This document shows positions 50,401 through 62,500 of a stretch of 64,000 nt of DNA, in pieces. The DNA lies in assembly GCA_964016885.1 (NCBI GenBank), contig OZ024743.1:143282001-143346000 (forward strand). Direction: 5' to 3'. How positions within the stretch are numbered: position 1 is the stretch's first letter; the number at the start of each line of letters is the position of its first letter. The DNA comes from Eledone cirrhosa. Lineage: Eukaryota. The notes under the pieces are model-generated. The model searched no databases and was not told where the DNA came from. It saw nothing but the letters and a program-made list of their open reading frames with translations. The translations under genes and the position numbers were made by a program.

Positions 50401-52595
50401 TTGCTGTATGGTGTTTGGTGTTTGCTGTTTGGTGTTTGGTCTTTGGTGCTTGGTGTTTGATGCTTGGTGCTTGGTGTTTGGTGTTTGGTGCTTGGTGCTT
50501 GGTGTTTGGTGCTTGGTGTTTGGTGTTTGGTGCTTGGTGTCTGGTGCTTGGTGTTTGGTGTTTGGTGCTTGGTGTTTGGTGTTTGGTGCTTGGTGTTTGG
50601 TATTTGGTGTTTGGTGCTTGGTGCTTGGTGTTTGGTGTTTGGTGCTTGGTGTCTGGTGCTTGGTGTTTGGTGTTTGGTGCTTGGTGTTTGGTGTTTGGTG
50701 TTTTGTGCTTGGTGCTTGGTGCTTGGTGTTTGGTGTTTGGTGTTTGGTGCTTGGTGCTTGGTGTTTGGTGCTGAGTGGTTGGTGTTTGGTGCTTGGTGTT
50801 TGGTGCTGGGTGCTTGGTGTTTGGTGCTGGGTGCTTGGTGTTTGGTGCTTGGTGCTTGGTCTTTGGTGCTTGGTGTTTGGTGCTTGGTGCTTGGTGCCTG
50901 GTGCTTGGTGTTTGGTGCTTGGTGCTTAGTGTTTGGTGCTAGGTGCTTGGTGTTTGGTGCTTGGTGCTTGGTGCTTGGAGCTTGGTGTTTGGTGTTTGGT
51001 GTTTGGTGCTTGGTGCTTGGTGTTTGCTGTTTGCTGTTTGGTGTTTGTTGTTTGTTGTTTGGTGTTTGCTGTTTGGTGTTTGGTGTTTGCTTTTTGGTGT
51101 TTGGTGTTTGCTGTATGTTGTTTGCTGTTTGGTGTTTGGTGTTTGGTGTTTGGTGTTTGGTACTTGGTGTTTGGTGCTGGGTGCTTGGTGTTTGGTGCCT
51201 GGTGCTTGGTGCTTGGTGCTTGGTGTTTGGTGCTTGGTGCTTGGTGCTTGGTGTTTGGTGCTTGGTGCTTGGTGTTTTGTGTTTCGTGTTTGGTTTTTGG
51301 TGCTTGGTGCTTGGTGCTTGGTCCTTGGTGTTTGGTGCTGGGTGCTTTGTGTTTGGTGCTTGTTGCTTGGTGCTTGGTGTTTGGTGTTTGCTGCTTGGTG
51401 TTTGAGGCTTGGTGCTTGGTGCTTGGTGCTTGGTGTTTTCTGTTTGGTGCTTGGTGTTTGGTGCTTGGTGCTTGGTGCTTGGTGTTTGTACTTGGTGCTT
51501 GGTGCTTGGTGTTTGGTTCTTGGTTCTTGGTGTTTGGTGTCTGGCGTTTGGTGTTTGGTGCTTGGTGCTTGGTGCTTGGTGCTAGGTATTTGGTGCTTGG
51601 TGCTTGGTGTTTGGTGCTTGGTGTTTGGTGTTTGGTGTTTGGTGTTTGGTGTTTGCTGTTTGGTGTCTGCTTTTTGGTGTTTAGTGTTTGCTGTATGGTG
51701 TTTGCTGTTTCGTGTTTGGTGTTTGCTGTTTGGTGTTTGGTGTTTGCTGTTTGGTGTTTGGTCTTTGGTGCTTGGTGTTTGGTGCTTGGTGCTTGGTGTT
51801 TGGTGTTTGGTGCTTGGTGCTTGGTGTTTGGTGTTTGGTGCTTGGTGCTTGGTGTTTGGTGTTTGGTGTTTGCTGCTTGGTGTCTGGTGCTTGGTGTTTG
51901 GTGTTTGGTGCTTGATGCTTGGTGTTTGGTGTTTGGTGCTTGGTGTTTGGTGTTTGGTGCTTGTTGCTTGGTGCTTGATGTTTGGTGCTTGGTGCTTGGT
52001 GTTTCGTGCTGGGTGCTTGGTGCATGGTATTTGGTGTTTGGTGTTTGGTGCTTGGTGTTTGGTGTTTGGTGTTATATGCTTGGTGTTTGAGTCTTGGTGC
52101 TTGGTGCTTGGTGTTTGGTGTTTGGTGCTTGGTGTTTGATGCTTGGTGCTTGGTGCTTGGTGTTTGGTGCTTGATGTTTGTACTTGGTGCTTGGTGCTTG
52201 GTTCTTGGTGTTTGGTGCTTGATGTTTGGTGCTTGGTGCTTGGTGTTTGGTGTTTGGTGCTTGGTGCTTGGTGCTTGGTGCTTGGTGTTTGGTGCTTGGT
52301 GTTTGGTGCTTGGTGTTAGGTGTTTGGTGCTTGGTGTTTGGTGCTTGGTGCTTGGTGTTTGGTGCTTGGTGTTTGGTGCTTGGTGTTAGGTGTTTGGTGC
52401 TTGGTGCTTGGTGTTTGGTTTTTGGTGCTTGGTGCTTGGTGTTTGGTGTTTGGTCCTTGCTGCTGGCTGCTTGGTGTTTGGTTCTTGGTGATTGGTGCTT
52501 GGTGTTTGGTGCTTGGTGTTTGGTGTTTGGTGCTAGGTGCTTGGTGTTTGGTGCTTGGTGCTTGGTGTTTGTACTTGGTGCTTGGTCCTTGGTTC
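39970..52595 (+). repeat. A-type HOR domain 2
   Basis: TGAGTGG returns (~40283, 43289, 46385/46406, 50772), as does TTGAGTC (~41522, 44583, 47664, 48908, 52087). B markers are absent. Confidence 0.85.
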
Positions 52596-55500
52596 TTGGT
52601 GGTTGGTGCTTGGTGCTTGGTGTTTGGTGTTTGGTGCTTGGTGTTTGGTGCTTGGTGTTAGGTGTTTGGTGCTTGGTGCTTGGTGTTTGGTGCTTGGTGT
52701 TTGGTGCTTGGTGCTTGGTCCTTGGTTCTTGGTGTTTGGTGTTTGGTTTTTGGTGCTTGGTGCTTGGTGTTTGGTGTTTGGTCCTTGCTGCTGGCTGCTT
52801 GGTATTTGGTTCTTGGTGCTTGGTGCATGGTGTTTGGTGCTTGGTGTTTGGTGCTTGGTGTTTGGTGCTTGGTGTTTGGTGCTTGGTGCTTGGTGTTTGG
52901 TGCTTGGTGCTTGGTGTTTGGTGCCTGGTGCTTGGTGCTTGGTGTTTGGTGTTTGGTGCTTGGTGCTTGAAGTTTGGTGTTTGGTGCTTGGTGCTTGGTG
53001 CTTGGTCCTTGGTCTTTGGTGCTTGGTGTTTGGTGCTTGGTGTTTGGTGCTTGGTGCTTGGTGCTTGGTGCTTGGTGTTTGGTGCTTGGTGCTTGGTGTT
53101 TGGTGTTTGGTGCTTGGTGTTTGGTGCTTGGTACTTGGTGCTTGGTGTTAGGTATTTGGTGCTTGGTGCTTGGTGTTTGGTTTTTGGTGCTTGGTGCTTG
53201 GTGTTTGGTGTTTGGTGCTTGCTGCTGGCTGCTTGGTGTTTGGTGCTTGGTGATTGGTGCTTGGCGTTTGGTGCTTGGTGTTTGGTGTTTGGTGCTAGGT
53301 GCTTGGTGTTTGGTGCTTGGTGCTTGGTGTTTGGTGTTTGGTGTTTGGTGCTTGGTGCTTGATGTTTGGTGCTTGGTGCTGGGTGGTTGGTGTTTGGTGC
53401 TTGGTGTTTGGTGCTGGGTGCTTGGTGTTTGGTGCTTGGTGCTTGGTCTTTGGTGCTTGGTGTTTGGTGTTTGGTGCTTGGTGCTTCGTGTTTGGTGCTT
53501 GGTGCTTGGTGTTTGGTGCTTGGTGCTTGGTGCTTAGTGTTTGGTGCTAGGTGCTTGGGGTTTGGTGTTTGGTGCTTGGTGCTTGGTGTTTGGTGTTTGT
53601 TGTTTGCTGTTTGGTGTTAGGTGTTTGATGTTTGCTGTTTGGTGTCTGCTTTTTGGTGTTTGGTGTTTGCTGTATGTTGTTTGCTGTTTGGTGTTTGGTG
53701 TTTGGTGCTTGGTGCTTGGTGTTTGGTGCTTGGTGCTTGGTGTTTGGTGCCTGGTGCTTGGTGCTTGGTGTTTGGTGTTTGGTGTTTGGTGCTTGGAGTT
53801 TGGTGTTTGGTGCTTGGTGCTTGGTGTTTTGTGTTTGGTGTTTGGTTTTGGTGCTTGGTGCTTGGTGCTTGGTCCTTGGTGTTTGGTGCTGGGTGCTTTG
53901 TGTTTTGTGCTTGGTGCTTGGTGCTTGGTGTTTGGTGTTTGCTGCTTGGTGTTTGATGCTTGGTGCTTGGTGCTTGGTGTTTTGTGTTTGGTGCTTGGTG
54001 CTTGGTGTTTGGTGCTTGGTGCTTGGTGCTTGGTGTTTGTACTTGGTGCTTGGTGCTTGGTGTTTGGTTCTTGGTGTTTCGTACTTGGTGCTTGGTGTTT
54101 GGTGTTTGGTGCTTGGTGTTTGGTGCTTGGTGCTTGGTGCTTGGTGTTAGGTGTTTGGTGCTTGGTGCTTGGTGTTTGGTGCTTCATGCTTGGTGCTTGG
54201 TGTTTGGTGCTTGGTTTTTGGAGCTTAGTTTCTGGTGCTTGGTGTTTGGTGCTTGGTGCTTGGTGTTTGGTGCTTGGTGTTAGGTGTTTGGTGCTTGGTG
54301 TTTGGTGTTTGGTGCTTGGTGTTTGGTGTTTGGTGCTTGGTGTTTGGTGTTTGGTGCTTGCTGCTTGGTGTTTGGTGTTTTGGTGTTTTGTGCTAGGTGC
54401 TTGGTGTTTGGTACTTGGTGATTGGTGCTTGGTGCTTCGTGTTTTGTGTTTGGTGTTTGGTCTTTGGTGCTTGGTGTTTGGTGCTTGGTGCTTGGTGCTT
54501 GGTGTTTGGTGTTTGGTGCTTGGTGCTTGGTGTTTGGTGTTTGTTGTTTGGTGCTTGGTGTCTGGTGCTTGGTGTTTGGTGCTTGGTGTTTGGTGTTCGG
54601 TGTTTGGTGCTTATTGCTTGGTGCTTGGTGTTTGGTGCTTGGTGCTTGGTGTTTGGTGCTGGGTGCTTGGTGCTTGGTGTTTGGTGTTTGGTGCTTGGTG
54701 CTTGGTGCTTGGTGATTGGTGTTTGGTGTTATATGCTTGGTGTTTGATGCTTGGTGCTTGGTGTTTGGTCTTTGGTGTTTGATGCTTGGTGCTTGGTGCT
54801 TTGTGTTTGGTGCTTGGTGCTTGGTGTTTGTACTTGGTGCTTGGTGCTTGGTGCTTGGTGTTTGGTGCTTGGTGCCTGGTGCTTGGTGTTTGGTGCTTGG
54901 TGTTTGGTGTTTGGTGTTTGGTGCTTGGTGTTTGGTGTTTGGTGCTTGGTGTTTGGTGTTTGGTGCCTGGTGCTTGGTGCTTGGTGTTTGGTGTTTGGTG
55001 CTTGGTGCTTGAAGTTTGGTGTTTGGTGCTTGGTGCTTGGTCCTTGGTCTTTGGTGCTTGGTGTTTGGTGCTTGGTGTTTGGTGCTTGGTGCTTGGTGCT
55101 TGGTGCTTGGTGTTTGGTGCTTGGTGCTTGGTGTTTGGTGTTTGGTGCTTGGTGTTTGGTGCTTGGTACTTGGTGCTTGGTGCTTGGTGTTAGATGTTTG
55201 GTGCTTGGTGCTTGGTGTCTGGTTTTTGGTGCTTGGTGCTTGGTGTTTGTTGTTTGGTGCTTGCTGCTGGCTGCTTGGTGTTTGGTGCTTGGTGATTGGT
55301 GCTAGGTGTTTGGTGCTAGAAGCTTGGTGTTTGGTGCTTGGTGCTTGGTGTTTGTACTTGGTGCTTGGTGTTTGGTGCTTGGTGCTTGGTGTTTGGTGTT
55401 TGGTGTTTGGTGCTTGGTGTTTGGTGCTTGGTACTTGGTGCTTGGTGCTTGGTGTTAGGTGTTTGGTGCTTGGTGCTTGGTGTTTGGTTTTTGGTGCTTG

Positions 55501-56500
55501 GTGTTTGGTGTTTGGTGCTGGCTGCTTGGTGTTTGATGCTTGGTGATTGGTGCTTGGTGTTTGGTGCTTGGTGTTTGGTGTTTGGTGCTAGGTGCTTGGT
55601 GCTTGGTGTTTGGTGCTTAGTGCTTGGTGTTTGGTGCTTGGTGCTTGGTGCTTGGTGCTTGGTGTTTGGTGGTTGGTGTTTGGTGCTTGGTGTTAGGTGT
55701 TTGGTGCTTGGTGGTTGGTGTTTGGTGCTTGGTGTTAGGTGTTTGGTGCTTGGTGCTTGGTGTTTGGTGTTTGGTGCTTGGTGTTTTGTGTTTGGTGTTT
55801 GGTGCTTGGTGCTTGGTGCTTGGTGGTTGGTGCTTGCTGCTTGGTGCTTGGTGTTTGGTGGTTGGTGTTTGGTACTTGGTGTTAGGTGTTTGGTGCTTGG
55901 TGTTTGGTCTTTTGGTGTTTTGTGCTAGGTGCTTGGTGTTTGGTACTTGGTGATTGGTGCTTGGTGCTTCGTGTTTTGTGTTTGGTGTTTGGTCTTTGGT
56001 GCTTGGTGTTTGGTGCTTGGTGCTTGGTGCTTGGTGTTTGGTGTTTGGTGCTTGGTGCTTGGTGTTTGGTGTTTGTTGTTTGGTGCTTGGTGTCTGGTGC
56101 TTGGTGTTTGGTGCTTGGTGTTTGGTGTTCGGTGTTTGGTGCTTTTTGCTTGGTGCTTGGTGCTTGGTGTTTGGTGCTTGGTGCTTGGTGTTTGGTGCTG
56201 GGTGCTTGGTGCTTGGTGTTTGGTGTTTGGTGCTTGGTGCTTGGTGATTGGTGTTTGGTGTTATATGCTTGGTGTTTGATGCTTGGTGCTTGGTGCTTGG
56301 TGTTTGGTCTTTGGTGTTTGATGCTTGGTGCTTGGTGCTTGGTGTTTGGTGCTTGGTGCTTGGTGTTTGTACTTGGTACTTGGTGCTTGGTGCTTGGTGT
56401 TTGGTGCTTGGTGTTTGGTGCTTGGTGCTTGGTGTTTGGTGGTTGGTGTTTGGTGCTTGGTGTTAGGTGTTTGGTGCTTGGTGCTTGGTGTTTGGTGTTT
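43290..56500 (+). repeat. Long direct repeat of ~10610-23100, spanning the A-to-B junction, offset 32.5-33.4 kb
   Basis: Collinear matching ORFs: 11547/44191, 12295/44876, 15203/47755, 17620/50150, 18557/51982, 21007/54397, 22886/56248. Confidence 0.85.
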
Positions 56501-59500
56501 GGTGCTTGGTGTTTGGTGTTTGGTGCTTGGTGTTTGGTGCTTTTTGCTTGGTGCTTGGTGTTTGATGCTTGGTGCTTGGTGTTTGGTGCTGGGTGCTTGG
56601 TGCTTGGTGTTTGGTGTTTGGTGCTTGGTGTTTGGTGTTTGGTGTTATATGCTTGGTGTTTGATGCTTGGTGCTTGGTGCTTGTTGTTTGGTGTTTGGTG
56701 CTTGGTGTTTGATGCTTGGTGCTTGGTGCTTGGTGTTTGGTGCTTGGTGCTTGGTGTTTGGTGCTTGGTGCTTGGTGTTTGGTGCTTGGTGTTTGGTGCT
56801 TGGTGCTTGGTGCTTGGTGCTTGGTGTTTGGTGTTTGGTGCTTGGTGCTTGGTGCTTGAAGTTTGGTGTTTGGTGCTTGGTGCTTGGTGCTTGGTCCTTG
56901 GTCTTTGGTGCTTGGTGTTTGGTGCTTGGTGTTTGGTGCTTGGTGTTTGGTGCTTGGTGTTAGGTGTTTGGTGCTTGGTGCTTGGTGTTTGATTTTTGGT
57001 GCTTGGTGCTTGGTGTTTGGTGTTTGGTGCTTGCTGCTGGCTGCTTGGTGTTTGGTTCTTGGTGATTGGTGCTTGGTGTTTGGTGCTTGGTGTTTGGTGT
57101 TTGGTGCTAGGTGCTTGGTCTTTGGTGCTTGGTGTTTGTACTTGGTGCTTGGTCCTTGGTTCTTGGTGTTTGGTGCTTGGTGCTTGGTGTTTGGTGCTTG
57201 GTGTTTGGTGCTTGGTGTTTGGTGCTTGGTGTTTGGTGCTTGGTGCTTGGTGTTTGGTGCTTGGTGCTTGGTGCTTGGTGTTTGGTGCCTGGTGCTTTGT
57301 GCTTGGTGTTTGGTGTTTGGTGCTTGGTGCTTGGTGCTTGAAGTTTGGTGTTTGGTGCTTGGTGCTTGGTGCTTGGTCCTTGGTCTTTGGTGCTTGGTGT
57401 TTGGTGCTTGGTGTTTGGTGCTTGGTGCTTGGTGCTTGGTGCTTGGTGTTTGGTGCTTGGTGTTTGGTGCTTGGTGCTTGGTGTTTGGTGTTTGGTGCTT
57501 GGTGTTTGGTGCTTGGTACTTGGTGTTTGGTGCCTGGTGCTTGGTGCTTGGTGCTTGGTGTTTGGTGTTTGGTGCTTGGTGCTTGGTGCTTGGAGTTTGG
57601 TGTTTGGTGCTTGGTGCTTGGTGTTTTGTGTTTGGTGTTTTGTGTTTGGTTTTTGGTGCTTGGTGCTTGGTCCTTGGTGTTTGGTGCTGGGTGCTTTGTG
57701 TTTGGTGCTTGGCGCTTGGTGTTTGGTGTTTGCTGCTTGATGTTTGATGCTTGGTGCTTGGTGCTTGGTGTTTTGTGTTTGGTGCATGGTTCTTGGTGTT
57801 TGGTGCTTGGTGCTTGGTGCTTGGTGTTTGTACTTGGTGCTTGGTGCTTGGTTCTTGGTTCTTGGTGTTTGGTACTTGGTGCTTGGTGCTTGATGTTTGG
57901 TGTTTGGTGCTTGGTGTTTGGTGCTTGGTGCTTGGTGCTTGGTGTTTTGTGTTTGGTGCTTGGTTCTTGGTGTATGGTGCTTGGTGCTTGGTGCTTGGTG
58001 TTTGTACTTGATGCTTGGTGCTTGGTGTTTGGTTCTTGGTTCTTGGTGTTTGGTACTTGGTGCTTGGTGTTTGGTGTTTGCTGTTTGGTGTTTGGTGTTT
58101 GGTGTTTGCTGTTTGCTGTTTGGTGTCTGCTTTTTGGTGTTTAGTGTTTGCTGTATGGTGTTTGGTGTTTGCTGTTTGGTGTTTGGTCTTTGGTGCTTGG
58201 TGTTTGGTGCTTGGTGCTTGGTGTTTGGTGTTTGGTGCTTGGTGCTTGGTGTTTGGTGCTTGGTGTTTGGTGTTTGGTGCTTGGTGTCTGGTGCTTGGTG
58301 TTTGGTGTTTGGTGCTTGGTGTTTGGTGTTTGGTGCTTGGTGTTTGGTGTTTGGTGTTTGGTGCTTGGTGCTTGGTGTTTGGTGTTTGGTGCTTGGTGTC
58401 TGGTGCTTGGTGTTTGGTGTTTGGTGCTTGGTGTTTGGTGTTTGGTGTTTTGTGCTTGGTGCTTGGTGCTTGGTGTTTGGTGTTTGGTGTTTGGTGCTTG
58501 GTGCTTGGTGTTTGGTGCTGAGTGGTTGGTGTTTGGTGCTTGGTGTTTGGTGCTGGGTGCTTGGTGTTTGGTGCTGGGTGCTTGGTGTTTGGTGCTTGGT
58601 GCTTGGTCTTTGGTGCTTGGTGTTTGGTGCTTGGTGCTTGGTGCTTGGTGCTTGGTGTTTGGTGCTTGGTGCTTAGTGTTTGGTGCTAGGTGCTTGGTGT
58701 TTGGTGCTTGGTGCTTGGTGCTTGGAGCTTGGTGTTTGGTGTTTGGTGTTTGGTGCTTGGTGCTTGGTGTTTGCTGTTTGCTGTTTGGTGTTTGTTGTTT
58801 GTTGTTTGGTGTTTGCTGTTTGGTGTTTGGTGTTTGCTTTTTGGTGTTTGGTGTTTGCTGTATGTTGTTTGCTGTTTGGTGTTTGGTGTTTGGTGTTTGG
58901 TGTTTGGTACTTGGTGTTTGGTGCTGGGTGCTTGGTGTTTGGTGCCTGGTGCTTGGTGCTTGGTGCTTGGTGTTTGGTGCTTGGTGCTTGGTGCTTGGTG
59001 TTTGGTGCTTGGTGCTTGGTGTTTTGTGTTTCGTGTTTGGTTTTTGGTGCTTGGTGCTTGGTGCTTGGTCCTTGGTGTTTGGTGCTGGGTGCTTTGTGTT
59101 TGGTGCTTGTTGCTTGGTGCTTGGTGTTTGGTGTTTGCTGCTTGGTGTTTGAGGCTTGGTGCTTGGTGCTTGGTGTTTTCTGTTTGGTGCTTGGTGTTTG
59201 GTGCTTGGTGCTTGGTGCTTGGTGTTTGTACTTGGTGCTTGGATCTTGGTGTTTGGTTCTTGGTTCTTGGTGTTTGGTGTCTGGCGTTTGGTGTTTGGTG
59301 CTTGGTGCTTGGTGCTTGGTGTTAGGTATTTGGTGCTTGGTGCTTCGTGTTTGGTGCTTGGTGTTTGGTGTTTGGTGTTTGGTGTTTGGTGTTTGCTGTT
59401 TGGTGTCTGCTTTTTGGTGTTTAGTGTTTGCTGTATGGTGTTTGCTGTTTCGTGTTTGGTGTTTGCTGTTTGGTGTTTGGTGTTTGCTGTTTGGTGTTTG

Positions 59501-62500
59501 GTCTTTGGTGCTTGGTGTTTGGTGCTTGGTGCTTGGTGTTTGGTGTTTGGTGCTTGGTGCTTGGTGTTTGGTGTTTGGTGCTTGGTGCTTGGTGTTTGGT
59601 GTTTGGTGTTTGCTGCTTGGTGTCTGGTGCTTGGTGTTTGGTGTTTGGTGCTTGATGCTTGGTGTTTGGTGTTTGGTGCTTGGTGTTTGGTGTTTGGTGC
59701 TTGTTGCTTGGTGCTTGATGTTTGGTGCTTGGTGCTTGGTGTTTCGTGCTGGGTGCTTGGTGCATGGTATTTGGTGTTTGGTGTTTGGTGCTTGGTGTTT
59801 GGTGTTTGGTGTTATATGCTTGGTGTTTGAGTCTTGGTGCTTGGTGCTTGGTGTTTGGTGTTTGGTGCTTGGTGTTTGATGCTTGGTGCTTGGTGCTTGG
59901 TGTTTGGTGCTTGATGTTTGTACTTGGTGCTTGGTGCTTGGTTCTTGGTGTTTGGTGCTTGGTGTTTGGTGCTTGGTGCTTGGTGTTTGGTGTTTGGTGC
60001 TTGGTGCTTGGTGCTTGGTGCTTGGTGTTTGGTGCTTGGCGTTTGGTGCTTGGTGTTAGGTGTTTGGTGCTTGGTGTTTGGTGCTTGGTGCTTGGTGTTT
60101 GGTGCTTGGTGTTTGGTGCTTGGTGTTAGGTGTTTGGTGCTTGGTGCTTGGTGTTTGGTTTTTGGTGCTTGGTGCTTGGTGTTTGGTGTTTGGTCCTTGC
60201 TGCTGGCTGCTTGGTGTTTGGTTCTTGGTGATTGGTGCTTGGTGTTTGGTGCTTGGTGTTTGGTGTTTGGTGCTAGGTGCTTGGTGTTTGGTGCTTGGTG
60301 CTTGGTGTTTGTACTTGGTGCTTGGTCCTTGGTTCTTGGTGGTTGGTGCTTGGTGCTTGGTGTTTGGTGTTTGGTGCTTGGTGTTTGGTGCTTGGTGTTA
60401 GGTGTTTGGTGCTTGGTGCTTGGTGTTTGGTGCTTGGTGTTTGGTGCTTGGTGCTTGGTCCTTGGTTCTTGGTGTTTGGTGTTTGGTTTTTGGTGCTTGG
60501 TGCTTGGTGTTTGGTGTTTGGTCCTTGCTGCTGGCTGCTTGGTGTTTGGTTCTTGGTGCTTGGTGCTTGGTGTTTGGTGCTTGGTGTTTGGTGCTTGGTG
60601 TTTGGTGCTTGGTGTTTGGTGCTTGGTGCTTGGTGTTTGGTGCTTGGTGCTTGGTGTTTGGTGCCTGGTGCTTGGTGCTTGGTGTTTGGTGTTTGGTGCT
60701 TGGTGCTTGAAGTTTGGTGTTTGGTGCTTGGTGCTTGGTGCTTGGTCCTTGGTCTTTGGTGCTTGGTGTTTGGTGCTTGGTGTTTGGTGCTTGGTGCTTG
60801 GTGCTTGGTGCTTGGTGTTTGGTGCTTGGTGCTTGGTGTTTGGTGTTTGGTGCTTGGTGTTTGGTGCTTGGTACTTGGTGCTTGGTGTTAGGTATTTGGT
60901 GCTTGGTGCTTGGTGTTTGGTTTTTGGTGCTTGGTGCTTGGTGGTTGGTGTTTGGTGCTTGCTGCTGGCTGCTTGGTGTTTGGTGCTTGGTGATTGGTGC
61001 TTGGTGTTTGGTGCTTGGTGTTTGGTGTTTGGTGCTAGGTGCTTGGTGTTTGGTGCTTGGTGCTTGGTGTTTGGTGTTTGGTGTTTGGTGCTTGGTGCTT
61101 GATGTTTGGTGCTTGGTGCTGGGTGGTTGGTGTTTGGTGCTTGGTGTTTGGTGCTGGGTGCTTGGTGTTTGGTGCTTGGTGCTTGGTCTTTGGTGCTTGG
61201 TGTTTGGTGTTTGGTGCTTGGTGCTTCGTGTTTGGTGCTTCGTGCTTGGTTTTTGGTGCTTGGTGCTTGGTGCTTAGTGTTTGGTGCTAGGTGCTTGGGG
61301 TTTGGTGCTTGGTGCTTGGTGTTTGGTGTTTGGTGCTTGGTGCTTGGTGTTTGGTGTTTGCTGTTTGCTGTTTGGTGTTTGTTGTTTGGTGTTTGTTGTT
61401 TGCTGTTTGGTGTTAGGTGTTTGATGTTTGCTGTTTGGTGTCTGCTTTTTGGTGTTTGGTGTTTGCTGTATGTTGTTTGCTGTTTGGTGTTTGGTGTTTG
61501 GTGCTTGGTGCTTGGTGTTTGGTGCTTGGTGCTTGGTGTTTGGTGCCTGGTGCTTGGTGCTTGGTGTTTGGTGTTTGGTGTTTGGTGCTTGGAGTTTGGT
61601 GTTTGGTGCTTGGTGCTTGGTGTTTTGTGTTTGGTGTTTGGTTTTGGTGCTTGGTGCTTGGTGCTTGGTCCTTGGTGTTTGGTGCTGGGTGCTTTGTGTT
61701 TTGTGCTTGGTGCTTGGTGCTTGGTGTTTGGTGTTTGCTGCTTGGTGTTTGATGCTTGGTGCTTGGTGCTTGGTGTTTTGTGTTTGGTGCTTGGTGCTTG
61801 GTGTTTGGTGCTTGGTGCTTGGTGCTTGGTGTTTGTACTTGGTGCTTGGTGCTTGGTGTTTGGTTCTTGGTGTTTCGTACTTGGTGCTTGGTGCTTGGTG
61901 TTTGGTGCTTGGTGTTTGGTGCTTGGTGCTTGGTGCTTGGTGTTAGGTGTTTGGTGCTTGGTGCTTGGTGTTTGGTGCTTCATGCTTGGTGCTTGGTGTT
62001 TGGTGCTTGGTTTTTGGAGCTTAGTTTCTGGTGCTTGGTGTTTGGTGCTTGGTGCTTGGTGTTTGGTGCTTGGTGTTAGGTGTTTGGTGCTTGGTGTTTG
62101 ATCCTTGGTGCTTGGTGTTTGGTGTTTGGTGCTTGGTGTTTGGTGTTTGGTGCTTGCTGCTTGGTGTTTGGTGTTTTGGTGTTTTGTGCTAGGTGCTTGG
62201 TGTTTGGTACTTGGTGATTGGTGCTTGGTGCTTCGTGTTTTGTGTTTGGTGTTTGGTCTTTGGTGCTTGGTGTTTGGTGCTTGGTGCTTGGTGCTTGGTG
62301 TTTGGTGTTTGGTGCTTGGTGCTTGGTGTTTGGTGTTTGTTGTTTGGTGCTTGGTGTCTGGTGCTTGGTGTTTGGTGCTTGGTGTTTGGTGTTCGGTGTT
62401 TGGTGCTTATTGCTTGGTGCTTGGTGTTTGGTTTTTGGTGCTTGGTGCTTGGTGGTTGGTGTTTGGTGCTTGCTGCTGGCTGCTTGGTGTTTGGTGCTTG

